Source of the DNA: Tubiluchus corallicola
Taxonomy: Eukaryota > Animalia > Priapulida
Reading direction: 5' to 3'
DNA length: 33,575 bases
Assembly (NCBI GenBank): GCA_030141605.1
Contig: JAQGDQ010001589.1
Coordinates: 1 to 33,575, forward strand
Shown piece by piece: positions 11,727 to 24,759 of this stretch (position 1 is its first letter; each line of letters opens with the position of its first letter). Both the position numbers and the translations under genes were made by a program. The notes beneath the pieces were generated by a model. It was not told where the DNA came from, did no database searches, and saw nothing but the letters and a program-made list of their open reading frames with translations.

Positions 11727-12188
11727 GATTGTGTAGAACTCTTTATGTGCTTATAAAATCGGGATTTTAAACATTCTTAGTAAAAACAGCATCGTCTAAC
11801 ACTTGTCACACAGCGATGCAGTAAGTCTCGGTTAAATTCCTCTAATTTCACTGAAGTGATTTATGTGTTAGGCGAATGAATTATGGGATTGCTGCTAGTG
11901 ATTTATGGGATTACCAACAATGACTATAATGGCTAAGCAATTACCGAGCGTGCAACAGTTGAATCCGTAGCGGTTTCCTAAATTCTCAGCACACGGATTT
12001 ATCATATGAAATATGGCTTTGCGCAATATTTTCTCACAAATTTTAATAGCCGCCGTGCAAACGATCGAGGAAAAGATTTATATAAGAGTGTTAAGGAAAG
12101 GAGAAACTCGGAAAATTCGTGTCATTAGTGCGAATTATGTGAAATGTAAACTGCTGGCTTTGTATCGCCACGTGCAGAAAATATCGGG

Positions 12189-12984
12189 AAAGACAGCACC
12201 TAAAATGACCATTTTGAAATGCATTCATGTGCAGTTGTTATAGCCTAATTACCAAATCCCAAAGACAGCACCTAAAATGACCATTTTGAAATGCAGTCAT
12301 GTGCAGTTGTTATAGCCTAATTACCAAATCCCAAAGACAGCACCTAAAATGACCATTTTGAAATGCATTCATGTGCAGTTGATATAGCCTAATTACCAAA
12401 TCCCAAAGACAGCACCTAAAATGACCATTTTGAAATGCATTCATGTGCAGTTGTTATAGCCTAATTACCAAATCCCAAAGACAGCACCTAAAATGACCAG
12501 TTTGAAATGCATTCATGTGCAGTTGTTACAGCCTAATTACCAAATCCCAAAGACAGAGCACCTAAAATGACCATTTTGAAATGCATTCATGTGCAGTTGA
12601 TATAGCCTAATTACCAAATCCCAAAGACAGCACCTAAAATGACCATTTTGAAATGCATTCATGTGCAGTTGTTATAGCCTAATTACCAAATCCCAAAGAC
12701 AGCACCTAAAATGACCATTTTGAAATGCAGTCATGTGCAGTTGTTATAGCCTAATTACCAAATCCCAAAGACAGCACCTAAAATGACCATTTTGAAATGC
12801 ATTCATGTGCAGTTGATATAGCCTAATTACCAAATCCCAAAGACAGCACCTAAAATGACCATTTTGAAATGCATTCATGTGCAGTTGTTATAGCCTAATT
12901 ACCAAATCCCAAAGACAGCACCTAAAATGACCAGTTTGAAATGCATTCATGTGCAGTTGTTATAGCCTAATTACCAAATCCCAA
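12189..12984. repeat. 72-bp satellite, about 11 copies
   Basis: Unit AAAGACAGCACCTAAAATGACCATTTTGAAATGCATTCATGTGCAGTTGTTATAGCCTAATTACCAAATCCC. Confidence 0.97.
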
Positions 12985-13277
12985 TGCCTGACAATTGCAG
13001 AACTTCCAGGCCATCATACAGTACTGATAGACAAGCTGTTAGACGTGAACTTTTTGGACTTCAACGCCCAGTGGTAAGTAATATGTGAACACTGATCAAC
13101 CACCGAATTTGAAGACAAAATAACTCAAAATTTGTGAATTAGCTTGTTCTATTCGAAATTACGAAAGTATACACCAAACTCAGATTTCGAAATTTCTTCA
13201 CACGAGTTCTGCAATCCAAATTTGAAGTTTTTAATGCTCACTGGTGTTTAATTTCGTTTATGTATATATTTTTAATC

Positions 13278-15257
13278 TTCGTAATATGGAAAACATGGTG
13301 CTTTAATAATTAATATAATTGACAAAAATTTTATGCTATGCTGCTGTCATATTGCAAAATAGTATTGTTAATCTTAGGCCTGTTGGTCTCTTGCTCGTCA
13401 AATGTGTAACGCGAGATTAAGCCTCCTTTATCCCTGCTTTAATGAAAGATACTTTCAAGATCTCTTATCATTGTAACACTACATTAGGCCTCTTTTATCC
13501 CTGCTTTAATGAAAGATACTTTCAAGATCTCTTATCATTGTAACACTACATTAGGCCTCCTTTATCCCTGCTTTAATGAAAGATGCTTTCAAGATCTCTT
13601 ATCATTGTAACACTACATTAGGCCTCCTTTATCCCTGCTTTAATGAAACGTACTTTCAAGATCTCTTATCATTGTAACACTACATTAGGCCTCCTTTATC
13701 CCTGCTTTAATGAAAGATGCTTTCAAGATCTCTTATCATTGTAACACTACATTAGGCCTCCTTTATCCCTACTTTAATGAAAGATACTTTCAAGATCTCT
13801 TATCATTGTAACACTACATTAGGCCTCTTTTATCCCTACTTTAATGAAAGATACTTTCAAGATCTCTTATCATTGTAACACTACATTAGGCCTCTTTTAT
13901 CCCTACTTTAATGAAAGATACTTTCAAGATCTCTTATCATTGTAACACTACATTAGGCCTCTTTTATCCATGCTTTAATGAAAGATGCTTTCAAGATCTC
14001 TTATCATTGGTTCCTAGATACCAGCAATTTGATTGTAGCATTCTCGTGGAAGTATTTATGAGAAATATTTCCCGTTAACCTCAGCCACAGAAGAACTTAA
14101 CAGATACTTCCTATTATTTACGAATATTTTATAAAATTTCTATTTCTTGGACCTGTTTTTGTATTTTTGCCTTCTTTGTCCTTCTTTGTCCTTCTTTGTG
14201 GCGTTTCATAAAAAAATAGAACTTGATTTTCCATGAAGTTTTTATATTATTTGCCATTTTGATTCACTATCATTCTCACTATACTAGGTCTTCAAGTATG
14301 GGACACTATTTTCAAACACGATTTAACACAGCGTATGGCTTAAATACCTTACAGCACAGTGGAGTTATTTTGTGGAATAGTGTACCCAATACAATCATTT
14401 CCTCTCCTTCTTTAAAAATAGCTACCAAACAATATAAGATATTTTTACTTAGTAAAGATTCAATGGCATAGAAAATCAGAGGTTTTTTCTCTTTTTTGTG
14501 CACGTGTGTCTTTTTGCACTAATGTTTTTCTTTTACTAATAGGTATCTTTACGACCTTTGTTACTTTATTAGTAAAAGGTATAAATCAATTTAAATGAAA
14601 TTATTCATTCATCGCAGCCTATATCAAAATCGTAATTACATATTATGTTTTCCTTTCTTAATGTTTTCCTTATGTTTCCTTGCTATTATTACATCATTTA
14701 CTTTATTACATTAACTCATCTACAAAAGCACGCATAACTTTAATAATTTTTTCATTTAAGTAAGGTGAGTGTGTTAATGACCGTATGGTCGTACACTCAC
14801 CTCGCACTACTCAAATCATTTTATTTATTGTTTATTAATGTGTACGATATTGTATTTTGATGTGTGAAAATAAATTCATAGTTCATAGTTCACTATGCAT
14901 TTGCGCTTGGTACAGTACTTCTGTTGAGGACTGAAAATGCATTAAGCCAATTATCCACATAATCCTACTTTTCATTCATTATTCAACAGCCAATTTAGCA
15001 GTCTGTTTAGACTTGGGAGTGATGTTATCAGCTGTTGAAAAACTACATGAATGGCTACAGCTTTGCAAGACTTAAATCCGTTGCAGTTTTATGCAATAAT
15101 TATCTTCGTTCCTTTTTCTTGCTCAGAGTTTGCTTCAACTTCTTCTTCTTCTTCCCAGCTTTTCCCTATTCGGGGTCTCTCTCTCTCTCTCTCTCCCTCG
15201 CTCTCTCCCTCTCTCTCTCGCCTCTCTCTCTCTCTGTCTCTCTCTCTCTCCTATCTC
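13278..15257 (-). repeat. Inverted copy of segment b (reverse complement of about 8741-10748)
   Basis: Contains the inverted 67-bp array (13416-14008), the LINE remnant now on + and the (CT)n tract. Confidence 0.95.
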
Positions 15258-16081
15258 GGTTTCCGGTGACATTTTTATACCATCTTAATATTTTGTATTA
15301 ACAATAAAAATAGTAATAATTATAGTAATATTTCGTAATTATAAAAATTAGATATTATAATAACATGATGTAATATAACCATAATTGCGATATGTTCTAG
15401 TAGATTAGAATGACGCCATTGCCAATTATTACGGCCAAATCACGTTGAAAACACCATGAACCATGAAGCATCAGGAGTTTTAGCAATATCCAGAAGTGCC
15501 CATTGTGTCTCATCAAGCAACTTATTGAAATGTTCAAGGAATATGTTGTAATAACATGCTTTAAATAATAACATCAGCATTATGCTGCATACCCTTATTT
15601 AGTCACTTAATACTGACTGATTGACAGGTTATTACATTACTTAGCATTCACTTACGGAATGCAGTCATCTGTGAAATTCAAATAATCCGAAGTAATCCAT
15701 CAGAGATCTTTCTTCTAGTATGTTCATTTCACATACGGTGAGATGTCACAACATTTGATAGGTATTTCACCTTGGCTTAATCATCCAAAGGTTGTACACG
15801 TATTTGTAGTCTTACTGAACAGTATATTTTAGTTAAACTTGTTTTAGTTTTACTCTGTTTTCCTCGTTCAAAGTGAAAGACAAGTCATTTAGCAACTTAG
15901 ATGAATTTTACTGTTATTGTCGTCAGTATTAAGCTGAACAAGTGAAAGCACATTGCACTTATTCATAGGTACCAGGCCAACCAACCTACAGGTAATGTTA
16001 TGACAAATGGGAGGAGAGAGCTCAGAGAGGAGAGAAAGAGAGAGGGAGGGAGGGAAAGGAGACAGAGAGACAGAGCGACAG

Positions 16082-16148
<67 letters not shown>

Positions 16149-16176
16149 GAGAGAGCGAGAGAGAGAGGGAGAGAGC

Positions 16177-16214
<38 letters not shown>

Positions 16215-17418
16215 CCGAATAGGGAAAAGCTGGGAAGAAGAAGAAGAAGTTGAAGCAAACTCTGAGCAAGAAAAAGGAACGAAGATAATTATTGCATAAA
16301 ACTGCAACGGATTTAAGTCTTGCAAAGCTGTAGCCATTCATGTAGTTTTTCAACAGCTGATAACATCACTCCCAAGTCTAAACAGACTGCTAAATTGGCT
16401 GTTGAATAATGAATGAAAACAAGGATTATGTGGATAATTGGCTTAATGCATTTTCAGTCCTCAACAGAAGTACTGTACCAAGCGCAAATGCATAGTGAAC
16501 TATGAACTATGAATTTATTTTTCACACATCAAAATACAATATCGTACACATTAATGAACACTAAATAAAATAATTTGAGTAGTGCGAGGTGAGTGTACGA
16601 CCATACGGTCATTAACACACTCACCTTACTTAAATGAAAAAATGATTAAAGTTATGCGTGCTATGCGTACTTTTGTAGATGACTTAATGTAATTGATGTA
16701 ATAAAGTAAATGATGTAATAATAGCAAGGAAACATAAGGAAAACATTAAGAAAGGAAAACATAATATGTAATTACGATTTTGATATAGGCTGCGCTGAAT
16801 GAATAATTTCATTTAAATTGATTTATACCTTTTACTAATAAAGTAACAAAAGTCGTAATGATACCTATTAGTAAAAGAAAAACATTAGTGCAAAAAGACA
16901 CACGTGTACAAAAAAGAGAAAAAACCTCTGGTTTTCTACGCCAATGAATATTTACTAAGTAAAACTATCTTATATTGTTTGGTAGCTATTTGTAAAGAAG
17001 GAGAGGAAATGATTGTATTGGGTACACTATTCCACAAAATAACTCCACTGTGCTGTAAGGTATTTAAGCCATACGCTGTGTTAAATCGTGTTTGAAAATA
17101 GTGTCCCATACTTGAAGACCTAGTATAGTGAGAATGATAGTGAATCAAAATGGCAAATAATATAAAAACTTCATGGAAAATCAAGTTCTATTTTTTTATG
17201 AAACGCCACAAAGAAGGACAAAGAAGGACAAAGAAGGACAAAGAAGGACAAAGAAGGCAAAAATACAAAAACAGGTCCAAGAAATAGAAATTTTATAAAA
17301 TATTCGTAAATAATAGGAAGTATCTGTTAAGTTCTTCTGTGGCTGAGGTTAACGGGAAATATTTCTCATAAATACTTCCACGAGAATGCTACAATCAAAT
17401 TGCTGGTATCTAGGAACC

Positions 17419-18078
17419 AATGATAAGAGATCTTGAAAGCATCTTTCATTAAAGCATGGATAAAAGAGGCCTAATGTAGTGTTACAATGATAAGAGATCT
17501 TGAAAGTATCTTTCATTAAAGTAGGGATAAAAGAGGCCTAATGTAGTGTTACAATGATAGGAGATCTTGAAAGTATCTTTCATTAAAGCAGGGATAAAGG
17601 AGGCCTAATGTAGTGTAACAATGATAAGAGATCTTGAAAGTATCTTTCATTAAAGCAGGGATAAAGGAGGCCTAATGTAGTGTTACAATGATAAGAGATC
17701 TTGAAAGCATCTTTCATTAAAGCAGGGATAAAGGAGGCCTAATGTAGTGTTACAATGATAAGAGATCTTGAAAGCATCTTTCATTAAAGCAGGGATAAAG
17801 GAGGCCTAATGTAGTGTTACAATGATAAGAGATCTTGAAAGTACGTTTCATTAAAGCAGGGATAAAGGAGGCCTAATGTAGTGTTACAATGATAAGAGAT
17901 CTTGAAAGCATCTTTCATTAAAGCAGGGATAAAGGAGGCCTAATGTAGTGTTACAATGATAAGAGATCTTGAAAGTATCTTTCATTAAAGCAGGGATAAA
18001 AGAGGCCTAATGTAGTGTTACAATGATAAGAGATCTTGAAAGTATCTTTCATTAAAGCAGGGATAAAGGAGGCTTAAT
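17419..18078. repeat. 67-bp minisatellite, about 10 copies
   Basis: Same unit as 10018-10610 with one extra unit. Confidence 0.95.
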
Positions 18079-19656
18079 CTCGCGTTACACATTTGACGAG
18101 CAAGAGACCAACAGGCCTAAGATTAACAATACTATTTTGCAATATGACAGCAGCATAGCATAAAATTTTTGTCAATTATATTAATTATTAAAGCACCATG
18201 TTTTCCATATTACGAAATTATCTATATCTATTCGTCTACGAAATTTATTGCTTTACTTATCGAACATGCACACTATACTATCTTTCATATGTGATGAAAT
18301 AGAATGTTTTTTTGCCATTATTACATGAAAATGTAATCAAAAGTTGATTTAAAATTGGCTGAATGTTAAGGAAATTTCAGTGACTTCAAGCTGTATTTTT
18401 GGAGTCTGCATTTTCGCAACTCAGACATAATCAGTAGATAATACATCTTTCTTGATATAATGTACAGCATTTTTATATGCTAAACTAAATAACTTTTCAA
18501 CCACCACAAAATATCTTGCAAGTTCAGTATAGAAGCTGATATTTTTAACTTTCAGGACCAGAAATGTAAAGTGAACGTATCTAAGAGGATTCAGAAAATT
18601 AAGATCTTCAAAGTTTAATTTATAGGTTCTAAATAAAAATGTTTATGTCTATGTGTATGTTATATATATAAATATATATATATTTATATATAAAAAATCG
18701 ATATTCATAACTATAAAAGCATAAAAGAACATTGCTGCATGAGAATAAAATTCACACAACTGTTAAAGGCAAATGCGTCCAGTGCAAACTAAAAACTACT
18801 GTGCTAAAAATTTAAAACAAAAATATACATTATAATATTACGAGGAAATTAATAATAGACTATATACAATATATACATATAATTTAAAATGGACGTGGGT
18901 AAATAAAATTTGTGGATGAATATATATTATCGTTTACGTATGTAGGGTTTTCAATGTACGTATTTTTAATTTTGATTTGAATTCGTCAAAAGACTTGATT
19001 TGTTTTAAATTTGATGGCAGGGTATTCCAAAGTTGAACTCCTTGTTTAGTGATAGAATTGTTGCCGTATTTGTTATTAGTGCGTATTTGTTTAATATTGT
19101 GTGTTCTTGGATTTAATGTTGGCTCCAAGAGGAGTGGAAGCTTATTTTTCATGAAGGGCGTGTTAATATTGTTGATGTATTCATATAAAAACAAGATTGT
19201 GTAGAACTCTTTATGTGCTTATAAAATTGGGATTTTAAACATTCTTAGTAAAAACAGCATCGTCTAACACTTGTCACACAGCGATGCAGTAAGTCTCGGT
19301 TAAATTCCTCTAATTTCACTGAAGTGATTTATGTGTTAGGCGAATGAATTATGGGATTGCTGCTAGTGATTTATGGGATTACCAACAATGACTATAATGG
19401 CTAAGCAATTACCGAGCGTGCAACAGTTGAATCCGTAGCGGTTTCCTAAATTCTCAGCACACGGATTTATCATATGAAATATGGCTTTGCGCAATATTTT
19501 CTCACAAATTTTAATAGCCGCCGTGCAAACGATCGAGGAAAAGATTTATATAAGAGTGTTAAGGAAAGGAGAAACTCGGAAAATTCGTGTCATTAGTGCG
19601 AATTATGTGAAATGTAAACTGCTGGCTTTGTATCGCCACGTGCAGAAAATATCGGG

Positions 19657-22600
19657 AAAGACAGCACCTAAAATGACCATTTTGAAATGCATTCATGTGC
19701 AGTTGTTATAGCCTAATTACCAAATCCCAAAAACAGCACCTAAAATGTCCATTTTGAAATGCATTCATGTGTAGTTGTTATAGCCTAATTACCAAATCCC
19801 AAAGACAGCACCTAAAATGACCATTCTGAAATGCATTCATGTGTAGTTGTTATAGCCTAATTACCAAATCCCAAAGACAGCACCTAAAATGACCATTTTG
19901 AAATGCATTCATGTGCAGTTGTTATAGCCTAATTACCAAATCCCAAAGACAGCACCTAAAATGACCATTTTGAAATGCATTCATGTGCAGTTGTTATAGC
20001 CTAATTACCAAATCCCAAAGACAGCACCTAAAATGACCATTTTGAAATGCATTCATGTGCAGTTGTTATAGCCTAATTACCAAATCCCAAAGACAGCACC
20101 TAAAATGACCATTTTGAAATGCATTTATGTGCAGTTGTTATAGCCTAATTACCAAATCCCAAAGACAGCACCTAAAATGAACATTTTGAAATGCATTCAT
20201 GTGCAGTTGTTATAGCCTAATTACCAAATCCCAAAGACGGCACCTAAAATGACCATTTTGAAATGCATTCATGTGCAGTTGTTATAGCCTAATTACCAAA
20301 TCCTACAGACAGCACCTAAAATGACCATTTTGAAATGCATTCATGTGCAGTTGTTATAGCCTAATTACCAAATCCCAAAGACAGCACCTAAAATGACCAT
20401 TTTGAAATGCATTCATGTGCAGTTGTTATAGCCTAATTACCAAATCCCAAAGACAGCACCTAAAATGACCATTTTGAAATGCATTCATGTGCAGTTGTTA
20501 TAGCCTAATTACCAAATCCCGAAGACAGCACCTAAAATGACCAGTTTGAAATGCATTCATGTGCAGTTGTTATAGCCTAATTACCAAATCCCAAAGACAG
20601 CACCTAAAATGACCATTTTGAAATGCATTCATGTGCAGTTGTTATAGCCTAATTACCAAATCCCAAAGAAAGCACCTAAAATGACCATTTTGAAATGCAT
20701 TCATGTGCAGTTGTTATAGCCTCATTACCAAATCGCAAAGACAGCACCTAAAATGACCATTTTGAAATGCATTCATGTGCAGTTGTTATAGCCTCATTAC
20801 CAAATCCCAAAGACAGCAGCTAAAATGACCATTTTGAAATGCATTCATGTGCAGTTGTTATAGCCTCATTACCAAATCCCAAAGACAGCACCTAAAATGA
20901 CCAGTTTGAAATGCATTCATGTGCAGTTGTTATAGCCTAATTACCAAATCCCAAAGACAGCACCTAAAATGACCAGTTTGAAATGCATTCATGTGCAGTT
21001 GTTATAGCCTAATTACCAAATCCCAAAGACAGCACCTAAAATGACCATTTTGAAATGCATTCATGTGCAGTTGTTATAGCCTAATTACCAAATCCCAAAG
21101 ACAGAGCACCTAAAATGACCATTCTGAAATGCATTCATGTGCAGTTGTTATAGCCTAATTACCAAATCCCAAAAACAGCACCTAAAATGAACATTTTGAA
21201 ATGCATTCATGTGCAGTTGTTATAGCCTAATTTCCAAATCCCAAAGACAGCACCTAAAATGACCATTCTGAAATGCATTCATGTGCAGTTGATATAGCCT
21301 AATTACCTAATCCCAAAGACAGCACATAAATGACCATTTTGAAATGCATTCATGTGCAGTTGTTATAGCCTAATTACCAAATCCCAAAGACAGCACCTAA
21401 AATGACCAGTTTGAAATGCATTCATGTGCAGTTGTTATAGCCTAATTACCAAATCCCAAAGACAGCACCTAAAATGACCATTTTGAAATGCATTCATGTG
21501 CAGTTGTTATAGCCTAATTACCAAATCCCAAAGACAGAGCACCTAAAATGACCATTCTGAAATGCATTCATGTGTAGTTGTTATAGCCTAATTACCAAAT
21601 CCCAAAAACAGAGCACCTAAAATGACCATTTTGAAATGCATTCATGTGCAGTTGTTATAGCCTAATTTCCAAATCCCAAAGACAGCACCTAAAATGACCA
21701 TTCTGAAATGCATTCATGTGCAGTTGATATAGCCTAATTACCTAATCCCAAAGACAGCACATAAATGACCATTTTGAAATGCGTTCAAGTGCAGTTGTTA
21801 TAGCCTAATTACCAAATCCCAAAGACAGCACCTAAAATGACCATTTTGAAATGCATTCATGTGCAGTTGTTACAGCCTAATTACCAAATCCCAAAGACAG
21901 CACCTAAAATGTCCATTTTGAAATGCATTCATGTGCAGTTGTTATAGCCTAATTACCAAATCCCAAAGACAGCACCTAAAATGACCATTTTGAAATGCAT
22001 TCATGTGCAGTTGTTATAGCCTAATTACCAAATCCCAAAGACAGCACCTAAAATGACCATTTTGAAATGCATTCATGTGCAGTTGTTATAGCCTAATTAC
22101 CAAATCCCAAAGACAGCACCTAAAATGACCATTTTGAAATGCATTCATGTGCAGTTGTTATAGCCTAATTACCAAATCCCAAAGACAGCATCTAAAATGA
22201 CCATTTTGAAATGCATTCATGTGCAGTTGTTATAGCCTAATTACCAAATCCCAAAGACAGCACCTAAAATGACCATTTTGAAATGCATTCATGCGCAGTT
22301 GTTATAGCCTAATTACCAAATCCCAAAGACAGCACCTAAAATGACCATTTTGAAATGCATTCATGTGCAGTTGTTATAGCCTAATTACCAAATCCCAAAG
22401 ACAGCACCTAAAATGACCATTTTGAAATGCATTCATGTGCAGTTGTTATAGCCTAATTACCAAATCCCAACCTAAAATGAACATTTTGAAATGCGTTCAT
22501 GTGCAGTTGTTATAGCCTAATTATCAAATCCCAAAGACAGCACCTAAAATGACCATTTTGAAATGCATTCATGCGCAGTTGTTATAGCCTAATTACCAAA

Positions 22601-23900
22601 TCCCAAAGGCAGAGCACCTAAAATGACCATTCTGAAATGCATTCATGTGTAGTTGTTATAGCCTAATTACCAAATCCCAAAAACAGAGCACCTAAAATGA
22701 CCATTTTGAAAGGCATTCATGTGCAGTTGTTATAGCCTAATTACCAAATCCCAAAGACAGCACCTAAAATGACCATTTTGAAATGCATTCATGCGCAGTT
22801 GTTATAGCCTAATTACCAAATCCCAAAGACAGCACCTAAAATGACCATTTTGAAATGCATTCATGTGCAGTTGTTATAGCCTAATTACCAAATCCCAAAG
22901 ACAGCATCTAAAATGACCATTTTGAAATGCATTCATGTGCAGTTGTTATAGCCTAATTACCAAATCCCAAAGACAGCACCTAAAATGACCATTTTGAAAT
23001 GCATTCATGTGCAGTTGTTATAGCCTAATTACCAAATCCCAACCTAAAATGAACATTTTGAAATGCGTTCATGTGCAGTTGTTATAGATTAATTACCAAA
23101 TTGCAAAGACAGCACCTAAAATGACCATTTTGAAATGCATTCATGTGCAGTTGTTATAGCCTCATTACCAAATCGCAAAGACAGCACCTAAAATGACCAT
23201 TTTGAAATGCATTCATGTGCAGTTGTTATAGCCTAATTACCAAATCCCAAAGACAGCACCTAAAATGACCATTTTGAAATGCATTCATGTGCAGTTGTTA
23301 TAGCCTAATTACCAAATCCCAAAGACAGCACCTAAAATGACCAGTTTGAAATGCATTCATGTGCAGTTGTTATAGCCTAATTACCAAATCCCAAAGACAG
23401 CACCTAAAATGTCCATTTTGAAATGCATTCATGTGCAGTTGTTATAGTCTAATTACCAAATCCTACAGACAGCACCTAAAATGACCATTTTGAAATGCAT
23501 TCATGTGCAGTTGTTATAGCCTAATTACCAAATCCCAAAGACAGAGCACCTAAAATGACCATTTTGAAATGCATTCATGTGTAGTTGTTATAGCCTAATT
23601 ACCAAATCCCAAAGACAGCACCTAAAATGACCATTTTGAAATGCATTCATGTGCAGTTGTTATAGCCTAATTACCATATCCCAAAGACAGCACCTAAAAT
23701 GACCATTCTGAAATGCATTCACGTGAAGTTGTTACAGCCTAATTACCATATCCCAAAGACAGCACCTAAAATGACCATTCTGAAATGCATTCATGTGCAG
23801 TTGTTATAGCCTAATTACCAAATCCCAAAGACAGCACCTAAAATGACCATTCTGAAATGCATTCATGTGCAGTTGTTATAGCCTAATTACCAAATCCCAA
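19657..23900. repeat. 72-bp satellite, about 59 copies with higher-order structure
   Basis: 4244 bp divided by 72; same unit and same flanks as 12189-12984. Confidence 0.97.
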
Positions 23901-24239
23901 TGCCTGACAATTGCAGAACTTCCAGGCTATCATACAGTACTGATACACAAGCTGTTAGACGTGAACTTTTTGGACTTCAACGCCCAGTGGTAAGTAATAT
24001 GTGAACACTGATCAACCACCGAATTTGAAGACAAAATAACTCAAAATTTGTGAATTAACTTGTTCTATTCGAAATTACGAAAGTATAAACAAAACTCAGA
24101 TTTTGAAATTTCTTTACATGAGTTCTGCAATCCAAATTTGAAGTTTTCAATGCTCACTGGTGTTTAATTCCGTTTATGTATATATTTTTAATCTCCGTAA
24201 CGTCAAACATCATAATCAAATGACAGCGGTCATTGTCTT

Positions 24240-24642
24240 TAATCTTATTCAATTAAATTGAAGAAAGACATACAATAACTGTGAATTCCATTACTAAGCA
24301 AGCAATACAACTTTGGAATTCATTACCCACATCACTAAAACACAGCAGTTCTTTATCAATATTCAAGTCTTAATTTAAAAAACATTTAATGACTCGTTTT
24401 GAATATCCGACATACGAACACGATGATACTTACTCAAATCATAATTTCATTTTTCCTAGACCTTACTAAACTAGTTTATATTTTATTTTTAAATTTCTAG
24501 TTGCACTTATAGTTTAGCTTGCACCAGACGCATTTGCCCAGAACAGTGTATGTTTTTTATATGAACTAACGCTGATTGTCTGTCTTTTAATATGATGGTC
24601 AATGTTTTAAAATGGCAAATAAAGATTTTACTACTACTACTG
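24240..24642 (+). mobile_element. Degenerate LINE 3' remnant with (CTA)n tail
   Basis: Translates as TVNSITKQAIQLWNSLPTSLKHSSSLSIFKS*FKKHL, related to 11466-11726; AATAAA at about 24618 then CTACTACTACT. Confidence 0.75.
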
Positions 24643-24759
24643 GAATTTTTTTATTGTAGCTGACATCAAGTTTGCGTGTTTTCAAAGTGAAGGTAAATTA
24701 TTAAATGGAACAGAAAACGAGATACTGAAAAAGATTATATAGTTTATTAGGAAACTTAC

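Larger units (their letters stand above)
7890..13284 (+). repeat. Segmental duplication, copy 1 (segments a-b-c)
   Basis: Near-identical to 15260-24200 apart from tandem-array copy number and scattered substitutions. Confidence 0.95.
15260..24200 (+). repeat. Segmental duplication, copy 2 (segments a-b-c, satellite expanded)
   Basis: Begins TTTCCGGTGACATTTTTATACC like 7890 and ends ATCTCCGTAA like 13284; duplicate ORFs are visible in the ORF track. Confidence 0.95.

Noticed and set aside
12013-12243. 76-aa ORF duplicated at 19481-19711
   Set aside because: No recognisable motif; it runs into the satellite, and its identity is explained by the duplication.
10018-23900. CRISPR-like arrays (67-bp and 72-bp repeats; also the 57-bp repeat at 32236)
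   Set aside because: Units are head-to-tail with no unique spacers, there are no cas genes, and the context is a eukaryotic intron.
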